A stretch of 64,000 nt of DNA from assembly GCA_964016885.1 (NCBI GenBank), contig OZ024758.1:15748001-15812000 (forward strand), in the 5' to 3' direction. The notes under the pieces were generated by a model. That model was given only the letters and a program-made list of their open reading frames with translations, was not told the origin of the DNA and did no database searches. How positions within the stretch are numbered: the stretch's first letter is position 1; every line of letters starts with the position of its first letter. Below are positions 23,244 through 35,411 of this stretch, piece by piece. The position numbers were made by a program, and so were the translations under genes. This stretch comes from Eledone cirrhosa. Its lineage: Eukaryota.

Positions 23244-26144
23244 ATTGACACTGGTTTTCATTACATTTGACACTGACTTCTCAAATTAAGACTCATGAAA
23301 TCTTATTTTAGAAATGCAACTCTTGGTTCTACAAACAGAGAGTTTTATATATATATATATATTTCATCAAAGCAGGTTTCAGAGAAGATTACCACTCTCA
23401 GCAATAGTAAACTGAACTGAAAAGTCAACTGAGACACTTTTCTATAATTCTTGAAGTATAAAACATCACTATTACTGCTGCCTCACATTAAGAATTGAAG
23501 TCTTTGCTCTATCTAATATTACAAATTTTCACAATGGTCTGTCCAGTAGTAAAGATACTATAAACATTTATAAACCTATTTTTAGATAATTTTCTGTTAA
23601 ATCCTTACAGGATGTTAAGAGTTAATGAACCAGAGAATAATGACAATAATATAGATATATTTATAATTTTTATATTATAAAAGCAGGGAGTTACTGAAAA
23701 TATACCAGGGAGTTAGGTAATTAATATATGAACAGAAAACTAAGTTGTTTTAAAATTTCAAGGACGTAGTACTTCATATTTGTCCTGCTAATGATTCAAA
23801 ATCCTTAAAAGTGTTTCAGTTTCATAAAAGTTTTGTAATACCAAGTCAAGAAATACCATTTTCTAAAAGCCAGAGAAGATGAGGAAGTCAAAATATAGAA
23901 ATGAGATACCGTTTCTATATTTCTGTATTAGTTTGTCAGTAGACTGCGACCATGTTGGGGGCACCACCTTAAAGGGATTTAGTTGATCATACTGACACCA
24001 GTACTTATTTTAACAATCTCTTTTTGTCAAACTACTAAGTTGCAGGACACAAACAAACACCCATATATACGCATGAGATGTTTCTGCAGTTTTTATCTAT
24101 CAAATTTCACTCACGAAGCTATAGTAAAAAAACTTGCTCAAGGTGTCATGCAGTCGCAGCGAACTCAAAACCACATGGTCATGAAATAATCTACAGATGA
24201 ATTATTTTTATCTCTTTTTGTTTTACAATTTTGTAAAGTCAGTCTCAGTATTTACTTTTAACATCCTGTACCACATAAAACCACATTAGCGAGACATTCT
24301 AGCACCCATTACACACTGTAAATGTGGTTGGCGTTAGGAACGGCATCCAAAATGAGATAATTAATAATTGTCAAGTATTTAATTATTTCAAATATATTAT
24401 AAATAAATATTGTAACAAAAGGGTTAAAGATGACCAAAACATAAATATATAGCAGTATGTTCAACCTTTTTATTCTTAAAAAATTACAAGAGACTAGGAT
24501 ACAAAGTGAATCTTAAAAGAAAAGGAGCTGATTGTTAGATTGGACCCAAGGAATCAGTGTTTTTATTGGTCTTTCTATTACTGATACTATCTGCCAATAA
24601 CATCTTCTGGCAGAAGGAGGTGGGATTTGAACTCAGAACACACAGAGAGCTGGATCAAATATTGCCAACCATTCTGTTTAAATCTTTAACAATTCCACCA
24701 CCACTGGACTAGTATGGTATTTATTAACCCCTCACACCAAAAAAAGATCAAAGACAAAGTTGACCTCAATACAATTTGAACCCACAACACACAGAACTGG
24801 ATCAAATACCACAAACTAGGCTGTCCAACTCTTTAACCCTTTAGCATTTAAACCGGCCAGAATTTTCTCGCCTCTTTCTGCTCAAACCGGCTGTAACCGG
24901 CCACTAATACTGATGTTAAGGTATTGTTCTCAAAATAAATAATATCAAAATCTCATTTGATATTATGTGAGATAATTATGAAAATAGTAAATATAGAGTA
25001 ATGAATATGGTAAAGGGTTAACAATTCCACCAATCCATCATCCCTGGACTAGTACTGTATTTATTGACTCTGAAAAGCTGGAAGAGAGGTAACATTGTCC
25101 TCAAAGAGCCACAACAAATATCAAGGCATTTAATCTGACATTCTAATGACTGTCAATTTTGCCGTAAATCATAAACTGATACTAAAGATTTAATATGAAA
25201 GTCAGAAACATTACAGTTGTTGAGATCAGTTATGTCAAATACTAGACTTAGATATGTCTACAATTAACCCTTTAGTGTTCAAACCAGCCAGAATTCTCAA
25301 CCACTTTCTGTGGAAACTGGTTGTAACTAGTCACTCAAACTGATGTTAAGGTATTGTTTTCAAAATCATCTCATAGATTCGATATTATGTGAGATAAGTA
25401 TGTGAGGTAAAGCCTTTACCATTAAAATATAATAGTATATATATATAGAGTAATGTAAATGCTAAAGGGTTAACAAGCAAGGAATTTATTTAACCCTTTA
25501 GTATTTAAACATGCCGTAATTCTCTCACCTCTTTCTGTTCAGACCAGCAGTAACTGGTCACTCATATCTACATTAAGATATTGTTCTTAAAATAAATAAT
25601 ATCAAAATCTCATAGATTCAATATTATGTGAAATAAAGCCTTTACTGCGAAAATACAATACTAAATATAGAGTAATGTAAATGCTAAAGGGTTAAATCGT
25701 TATACTTCTTCAATTTTAAATGTTTTTCTTTTATAATTAGTTGACAGTTAAATAAAAATGTTATTTATTTTGATATACACAAATTTAATTTGAGATGAAG
25801 AAAAAACAAAAAAACAAAAAATTTTTTTTTTAATTATCAAAAAACAAATGATAATCTTTGAAAGACATGATGCATGTCATTTATATGATAGATTTTATAA
25901 TTGTTATAAAATTAATTTACTACTCTGTTAAAACACTAGAGTAGAGTATTAACCCTTTCAATGCCAAGCTGCCTGCAACCATCTCTGATTCGACAATACA
26001 AAAATGTTTTTGTTCTCTTTCAAAGGGTTTATATTTAACAAAAAACTTTAGTTGAGTTATTGTCTTAAACACCAGATTTATAACGAAGAGATTAGTATTT
26101 TAATAAATTCTTCCAAATTGTTGATTATTTTCAAAATTATTTGT

Positions 26145-26305
26145 AGCACACAGGCACAACCCCCCCTAGTGCTGCTGTCACAATAAAACACACAGGCACA
26201 ACAACCCCCTAGTGCTGCTGTCACAACAATCTCCCTAGTGCTGCTGTCACAATAAAACACACAGGCACAACCCCCCCCCCCTAGTGCTGCTGTCACAATA
26301 AAATG
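26145..26305. repeat. Short tandem repeat (CCCTAGTGCTGCTGTCACAA, 4 copies)
   Basis: Direct inspection. Confidence 0.8.
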
Positions 26306-26711
26306 CACTGAGTTGAGCACTTTACATATGGAAATGAGATGAAGGTTCCCTGCTCAGTTCATTTGAGAGGTCAGTGGCCCCACATGGGTACTGATTCGGC
26401 CTGTGAAGACCCATAAAACCCTTGCTTGCTAGCAAAGAGAACATGATGATGATGGGCAACATCTTTCATTAGAAATACGGTAATGAAAGGGTTAAAATGT
26501 AGCAACATGATTAATATAAATATTACATAATTTAACCTTTTAGCATTTAACCTCTTTCTGTTCAAACCGGCTGTAACTGGCCACTCATACTTATGTTAAG
26601 GTATTGTTCTCAAAATAAATATTGAAATCTTGTAGATTCAATATTATGTGAGATAAAGCCTTTACCACAAAAATACAATAGTAAATATAGAGTAATGTAA
26701 ATGCTAAAGGG

Positions 26712-26927
26712 TTAACCCTTTAGCACTTAAACCGGCAATGTCCAGCCAGAATTCTCTCTCCTCTTTTTGTTCAAACTGGCCCCAACCGGCCACTCATACT
26801 GGCATTAAGGTATTGTTCTCAAAATAAATAATATCAAAATCTCATAGATTCAATATTATGTGAAGTAAAGCCTTTACCATGAAAATACAATAGTATATAT
26901 AGAGTAAGGTAAATGCTAAAGGGTTAA
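26712..26927. mobile_element. ~210-bp TTAA-flanked piggyBac-type MITE (representative of about 20 copies)
   Basis: TTAA|CCCTTTAGCA...TGCTAAAGGG|TTAA; copies at 1015-1220, 11349-11558, 21654-21855, 24834-25021, 25264-25473, 25490-25695, 26532-26715, 30060-30264, 35220-35594, 36612-36843, 38290-38492, 46905-47122, 51171-51374, 51893-52061 and others. Confidence 0.88.
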
Positions 26928-26999
26928 TATATAAATATGTACATGAGTGATACATTAACATTGTGTTCTTACATGTCCAGCAAGTTTGTCTGTTATTCT

Positions 27000-27035
27000 T
27001 CAATTGATGTGAGCCTCAGAAGGTAAATTTATTAA
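27000..27035 (-). CDS. DNA2: DNA2 terminal exon 32 ([11 protein letters not shown])
   Basis: Preceded by a U12 branch box TTCTTTAAC and an AC acceptor; resembles human IIDLPSREH; TGA at 27002-27000. Confidence 0.85.
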   Translation of the reverse strand, partial: LINLPSEAHIN

Positions 27036-30000
27036 GTAATTTCAGTTAAAGAAAATACCAGAAAACAAATGTTACACATTTATAAAAAGAGTTCATCTTA
27101 TTTGACTTTTTTTTTTTTCAAGATAATATTAAAAAGTTAAAAAAATAAAAATGTATTTTAAAATATATTTTGTTAAATCATAACTGAAAGAATACAAAAA
27201 ACCCCAAATATTTTCCCTGTTTAAACAGGGATTAGCATCGCAAGCCCCGTGACAAGTTTCTTTATTTTGCTCTGTCCTCTTCCAATATCTTTAGCCATGT
27301 CTTTCTTGGATGTTAAACGATGATATATATATATATATCATCATCATTTTACGTCCACTTGCAAGGGTGGGACGGGAACTGATTCTGGCTTGATTACTAC
27401 AGCTGGATGCCCTTCCTAACACCAACCTCATTTACAGTGAGTGCTGGATGCTTTTTTGCCGTGGAATGATAGGGACCCCAGTCCCTATTATCTCATTTCT
27501 ACAGCTGAGTAAACTGGAGCAATGTGAAATAAAGTGTCTTGCTCAAGGAAACAACACATATGTTGTGTGTAAATACTTGCTTGAGTGGGTGGTGGTTCCT
27601 CTGAAAACCTGCTGCTGCCCAGCTCTCCTGAAAGTTTTTTTACCACTATGTGTGTGTTTGCATGTGAATCTTTATATTGGGCTATAAATCGAATATGAAG
27701 GCACATGGCTTAGTGGTTAGAGCATTGGCCTTGCAATCGAAAGGTTGTGAGTTCAATTCTCAGACCAGGTGATATGTTGTTTCCTTGAGCAAGACACTTG
27801 ATTTCACATTGCTCCAGTATACTCAGCTGTAGAAATGAGATGATAGGGACCCCAGTCCCTATCATTCCACTGCAAAGTGGTCGTGGAGGTGCCACAGCAA
27901 AAAAGGCACCCAGTATGAGGTTGGTGTTAGGAAGGGCATTCAGCTGTAGAAATCAGGCCAGAATCAGTTCCCGTCCCACCCTTGCTAGCAGGGAAAAGCA
28001 GACGTAAAATGATGATGATGATATATGTTATATATTCACCTAGTGTTGGTGATCTACATGATAAACACACTCAGTACACGCTGTAAAGTAGTTGGTAATA
28101 GGAAGAGCGCCCAGCCATAGAAATCTTGCCAATCAAAGAGTTGGAAGGACCCTCAGTTATATCAACCTCTCCTGTGCACTCGGTGGAATGTTGTCTGTAC
28201 ATAAACGAGACACAGATCGTCCGGTCTGTCAGGGAGATCAGTAGCTCCACATCAGTACTGACTTCATCTATGTAGACCCGTCCAACCCTTGCTAGCAGGG
28301 AAAGTGAATGTTAAAACAACAATAATGATGATATAAATATATACATGTGTGTGTGCAAGAAAAACAATACAATAATATAGACAAAGGATATAAGTTGTTT
28401 CTCGTATAAAACCATTATCAAGTCTGCAAGTGGTTTAAATAGTTCTAGGGTCTCAATATTTCCAATGAAAATCAGTTTACATTTAGCTCGAGTCATGGCT
28501 ACATTTAATCGTCGGTTGTCTTTCAGTAGCCCGCCAGCCTTGAAAAAAAATAATTGAGATTTATACAAGGGCATCCAGCTTTAGAAACCAAATTTCAGAT
28601 TTAAAAAAAAAGTTTACTCCGCATTAAGATTAATGCTGCATTAGCCCCCCCCCCCCCAACTATAGCAAAAAGAAAAAAAAAAAAGAAATGGGCACCCTAG
28701 GCTTCAACACACACAGCCTTATAAATAATGAGGACCCTAGGCTTAGACACACACAGCCTTATAAATAATTGTTTCTACTTTAGGCACAAGGCCAGCAAAT
28801 ACCCAGTGCATTACTGGTACTTTAGTTTATCGACCCCGTAAGGATGAAAGGCAAAGTCAACCTCGGCGGGATTTGAACTCAGATCGTAAAGGGACGTAAC
28901 TATGCTGGAAAGCATGGCGTCCGACCCTCTACCGATACTGCCAGTCCAGAGGACCCTAGGCTTCAACACATACAGCCTTATAAATAATGAGGACCCTAGT
29001 CTCCAACACATAGCCTTATAAATAAGAAGGACCCTAGGCTTCAACATACACAGCCTTATAAATAATATGGCCCGGATTAAAGATAATCATTTTTTAAAAA
29101 TTCTAAATAATATGAATCTTGCAAGATGGTTGGATAACATCCATAAGGTTGACTGGTCATGCCTGATCAGGTGGGGATGGTTACGTCTGACAGGACCCCC
29201 TGGAGGGAGTGTTTGAGGACTCTGGCCCCCACGACCCTCTCAGTAATAAGAGGGCAGAGAAGAAGAGTGTTTACTTACATTGCAAGATTTTAAATTTTCT
29301 TTGAGACCGCTTCTCACAAATGTAACAATAATTATATCTTTATCACGTCCCTGGTATTGATCAACTGTATTGACCTCAACATATTGAGCAGCTTCTTTTC
29401 CAATAACACTAATCAGTGATTGCTGGACATGCTTGACTTGATTCCTGTATGGAGCTATGACACCAATATCACTGAGATTTATACCATCCTGAAAATACAC
29501 AATAAACAAAAATACTATTACCCAATTATATAATAATGGTTTCCGATTTAGACACAAGGCCAGCAATTTTAGGAGAGGGGAAAGTTGATTGAATTGACTC
29601 CAGTGCATTCCTGGTACTTTATTTTATCGACCTCAGAACATAAAGGGCTGTAACTCCATGCTTCGAAGCATGGTATCTGACGCTCTATTAATACTGCCAA
29701 TCCAAATGTGGGCTAGTGGTAAGGGTGTTGGACTTACGATCACAAATATAGGTGGGTTTGAGCCCTGGGCCGGTTTGTATGTTGTGTTTGTGAGCACACC
29801 ACTTCATTTCACAATGCTCCAGTATACTCAGCTGAAAATTAATACCAGCAAGAGCTAGGGGTTTAACACTGCGAAGGACTGGCATCCTCTCCAAGGGGAG
29901 TCTTGTACTCTCAGTCACTTCCTGCCACAGAAACCGAGATGAGCTACCAGGCTCTTGACAGTCTAGTACTGGGGTCAATTCTTCCTCTATATCTCTTTCT

Positions 30001-33000
30001 CAGGAAGAAATCTGCAGTGTTCAGACACGGAGAGTGGAAAGGGATGGGCTCCGCCAGGTTTAACCCTTTAATGTTCAAACCGGCCAGAATTCTCTACCTC
30101 TTTCTGTTGAAACTGGCTGTAACTGGTCGCTCAAACTGATATTAAGGTATTGTTCTCAAAATAAATAATATCAAAATGTCATAGATTCGATATTATGTGA
30201 GATAAAGTATTTACCATGAAAATATAATAGTATATATAGACTAATGTGAATGCTAAAGGGTTAAAATGCCTAACAAATGCTGTATGCCACTATGGTACCC
30301 CTACAACTCAGTCGGGAGTTACAGAACCATACATACACATATATTGTGTAGAGGAGATACTTAAATCCTGACAGATAATCTCTTTAGCACTGGTGATATG
30401 ATAAAATGCACTGTAAAATGGTTGGTGATAGGAGGGGCATCCAGCCAGAAGTGAAAAAACACAACCTTACCATTTGGAACTGAGAGACTATCCTAGTAAT
30501 CAGTTTTGCCTCAATGCTATTCTGAACCTCTCCTTTTATATTGTGTGATTCTGGGGCTGGAACCTGAAATATTAGGAATGAAAGATGTAAAAAAAAAAAT
30601 GACTAAATATAAGCAAACTTTAAAAAACGCTAGTGTCATGTTTTTTTTTCATTTTAACCCTTTAGCATTTAAACCAGCCATATCCGGCCAAAATTCTCTC
30701 ACCTCTCTCTGTTAAGGTATTATTCTCAAAATAAATAATTGTTTCTACTTTTGGCACAAGGCCAGCAATTACCCAGTGCATTACTGGTACAAAATAAATA
30801 ATATCAAAATATTTACGATTTGATATTATGATATTATCTGAGGTAAAGACTTAATGATGAAAATACAATAATAAATATAGAGTAATGTAAATGTTAAAGG
30901 GTTAAGGTCCATTTTCCATGCTTGCATGGGTCAGACAGGTCATCCACATTGAGAGACAAGTCTGGCCAGAATTGGCCACACTGTACCTTGCTCTGACAGG
31001 ACTGTAAATTTGGCCAGGGTTTTTTTTACAGCTGGATGCCTTTCCGAAAGACCAACCACATTTCCATTATAAATATATAGTTGGTTAATACCTAAATAAT
31101 TGTTTCTACTTTTGGCACAAGGCCAGCAATTACCCAGTGTATTACTGGTACTTCATTGTATCAACCCCGTAAGGATGAAAGGCAAAGTTAACCTCGGCAG
31201 GATTTGAACTCAGAATGGCAAGGGCCGTGACTCTATGCGTCAAATACCTAAATAATAATGCTTTGTTATATAAATTAGCTACGAAAGGAAAATACCATTT
31301 TTGTGTTGAGAAACAGAACTGCTTTATTTAATTCTCCATTGACAACATCTAACATCCAAGGGGGAAGATTGGATTTCTGTACAAAAGAAAAATTACAAAT
31401 ATTAAAAATCAGGAAAATAAAAGCATTAAAAATACTCAGAGTAGGTAATGTGAAAATCACAATCATCTCGCTACAAACGAAAGGTCGGTTGTATGATGCC
31501 TGCGTGAGATGAGCAATGCTGCATGGTAGTGAGACATGGGCAGCAACTGTGGAGGATATGCGAAGGCTGGAGAGAAATGAACCAAGCATGTGTGAATGAC
31601 CAAGCGCGAACGAGTTGAGAGGTAAACTGTGTATAAGAGGGATAAACTGTAGTGTGCAGGAGAGAAGACTGTGTTGGTATGGCCAGGTGATGTGCATGGA
31701 AGATGTCCGCATGAAGAAGAAATGTCAAGAAATCCCAGTGGAAAGAAGACACATAAGAAGAAGACCATGAAAAACATGGCCGTTTAACGGACATTTTCTA
31801 CGCTACCATGGGTTAGGCGAGTTGTCCTGTTGTGAGACAAGTACGAGATGGTTTGAAAATCATAGGTAGTGTCTTTCTTTAGAAATATGGTTACAAAAAG
31901 ATTAAATAATATTCACACACAAAAACGCCACCTACTCTTTCATCAAGGTTAACAGGCAGAAGGGTCCGTGTTGCTACTTCTTCGTTGCCACATTGTAGAC
32001 AGCCTTCATATATCAGCTCATTTGATAAGGACATTATCTCCCTGCAATGAAAAGAATAAATTTTAAGGAAGTAGTCAATGGAACTACCCAGGGGGTGGGG
32101 TTGCAATTTAACTTTTGCTTTGGACCAAAACCTGACATTTGTAAAAATCATTTGGTTTCTGAATCAGGCACAAGGCCAAGAATTTTGGGGGAGGGGAAAG
32201 TCAATTAGATTGACCCAAGTGTGTTACTGGTACTTTAATTTATGATAAAATAATGCAACTGGCTTATGCAGGTTTTTAATTTATACATAATTAGTCATTA
32301 TTGTCTATTAGTAAACCAGAGCCAGCAATAAATGATGATAATAGCATTGAACGTCTTCTTCTCCCACTTATTTCAACCTGCAATTGGTCAAGTGTAGTAA
32401 CTATAGCGACACCACTGACATGACTAAAACCAAAGGTCCAACATGAGTGATAAGACTGGATTAGATTGGATATAAAGTACCCGACCTCCCATGGGTACAA
32501 GCTGAAGCATATAGACAATATGCCCCCACACCCCCCACCGCAAAGTGGTCGTGGAGGTGCCACGGCAAAAAAGCACCCAGCCCACACTGTAAAGGAGGTT
32601 GGTGTTAGGAAGGGCATCCAGCTGTAGAAATCAAGCCAGAATCAGTTCCTGTATGAGCAAGGCATGGTCAGCCGACCAGACACTGCCCACAACAGGACAA
32701 CCCGTCTAACCCATGCTAGCGTGGAAGAACGGACGTAAAACGGTGATGATGATGATGATGATGATAAAGACAAGAATATTACCTGTTCATTCTGTACTGA
32801 AGATTTAGCTGTACAGTCGAGCCTTTATCTTCAAGCTCTGCAAACAGACTTTTGTCCATGCCTAAACTTCTGCAAAATGTAAAAATAGAATAATATAGGT
32901 TTTATAGAAATACTTCCACTACCACCGTAAACTAGAATAATAGTGTAAGTACCACCTTAACCCTTTAGCATTTAAACCAGCTGTATCCATCTAGAATTCT

Positions 33001-33924
33001 CTCACCCCTTTCTGTTCAAACCGGCTGTAACTGGCCACTCATACTAATGTTAAGGAATTGTTCTCAAAATAAATAATATCAAAATCTCATAGATTCGATA
33101 TTATGTAAGATAAATATAGTCTCAAGTTGCAGATAACGAGATGGTGATTAGCTGACAGCTCAGTAGTAAGAATTAGAAATCAAAAACACACAAACATGTA
33201 TATATAATACACACACAGACATACAGGGGTTGGACAAAATAATGGAAACACCTAGCATCATAGCATCATAATTTTGAAATATCTATAAAACCGTCAAAAG
33301 CTTGTTTATTTTTATGTTTTTTGATTTATTATTAGTGTTGCTTAATATGTTTTGTTAAAATCACTGTTTCTTTTCAGATATCATCAGAAAAAGGTAATTA
33401 AAATTCATTAAAATGACAGATCTATCGGACTTTCAAAGAGGTCAAATTGTTGGTGCTCGTATGGCAGGCGCTAGCGTAATGAAGACAGCCAAAATGTTTG
33501 GTGTATCAAGAAGTACTGTCTCGAAAGTAATGACATCCTTTGAGAAAGAGGGAAAAACCTCCTCGTCGAAACAAAACTCCGGAAGAAAACCAAAACTTTC
33601 AGATAGGGACCGTCGGACTCTTACGCGAATTGTTAGAAAGGATCACAAAAGTACAGCCCCCAAAATTACTGCAGAGCTTAATGACCACCTCGAGAACAAT
33701 AAACATAAACAAGCTTTTGACGGTTTTATAGATATTTCAAAATCATGATGCTATGATGCTAGGTGTTTACATTATTTTGTCCAACCCCTGAATATATATA
33801 TTTATATATATGTAAACACACATATACACATAGATGTACATATAGATATATCAATTAAAACGTTTCACTATTTCCCTCTAGATATATATACACATACACA
33901 CACACACACACACATATATATATG

Positions 33925-33964
<40 letters not shown>

Positions 33965-35380
33965 GAAAAATTGAACAGGGACAGAACAGAGAGGCAGTAC
34001 AATAAATGTTTATTAAATTCACGCTCAGGAGAGTGGGGGGTAGGTGGGGGATGACGTTTCGGGCATAAGCCCTTCTTCATGTGAGAAGTGTGTGGGAACA
34101 GAGTTCAAAAGGTGTGTAGGGGAGTGGTGGAGAGACATATAGCGAAAGGAAACGGTGCGAATGAAAAATTAACAAATAAAGACAAAAAATATAATAAATA
34201 AAAATATTAAAAAAATTATCAATTTACTTTGCTTGATCACTTTGAACAATAGGAGGAAGCTGCTTTGAGTCTCCAACTAAGATGAATTTCTTGGCAGAGA
34301 ACAAGGGACCCAGACAGGAAGGTAGCATTACTTGAGACGATTCATCAATGATGCACACATCAAACTGACGATTGCATTGAGAGAACAGTGTATGGGACAT
34401 GCCCACACATGTAGTTGCAACAACTTTCTGGGGAAGAAGAAGAAGAAGAAAAAAAAAAGAGAAAGAAAATACATAACATTAAATTAGATTATCTAGACAT
34501 TATAGAACAACAACATCAACATCAACAACAACAATATTGGCATGGTTTCTACAGCTAAATGTCTTTCCAAACATCAACCATTTTACAACGTGTAACATGT
34601 CACAAGCACCAGATGACTCAGCACTACACACAATGACGCCTCTGGGATCGTTGACTCCTCTTTTCACTTCTACAGTCCTATATACATGTAAGTGTGATGG
34701 ACAGACAGACTGAGAAACAGCTCTTCTTTTATAATGATGATGATAATGATGATTGAAATATATAGGCAGTGTATTTCATTAGAAATACGGTAACAAAGGG
34801 TTAAAACCCCAAATATTGTAAATGCCATTAGATTTACTATGTTTCCAGTTAAGTCAAACAGAAGAGGTAAAAAAAAGAGGGTATTGGTCTCTTGGCTGAA
34901 GAGAATTGAATGACCATACAACTTAGAAAATAGCAGAAATTAGCTGTATTCTTACCATGGACTCATATATAGTCTTTAATTCCTGAACAGATTCCACAGT
35001 CTTAGTCAATTCATCTGCTGAATAAGGGTAGAGATCAGGGTGGATACGATCCTTTCGGCCCATACGTAAAAATGGAATATTTTCCTAGAAAGGAACAAAA
35101 GAACTAAATTATAAACAAGAACATGTGTCACCAAAAATAACTAGTTTTATATCATAGGCAAAATAAATAAATAAATAAATAAAATAAAATCAGAAAACCT
35201 GTGCTCATGGCCATGTGATTAACCCTTTAGCATTTAAACCGCCCATATCCGGCCATAATTCTCTCACCTCATTCTGTTAAAACTGGTTGTAACCGGCCAC
35301 TCATACTGATGTTAAGGTATTGTCCTCAAAATCTCACAGATTCAACATTATGTGACATAAAGTGTTTACCGTGAAAATAT

Positions 35381-35411
<31 letters not shown>

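Noticed and set aside
28311-28391. Hydrophobic, TM-like C-terminal tail of the DNA2 ORF
   Set aside because: Read-through into the U12 intron; the true terminal exon is 27035-27000.
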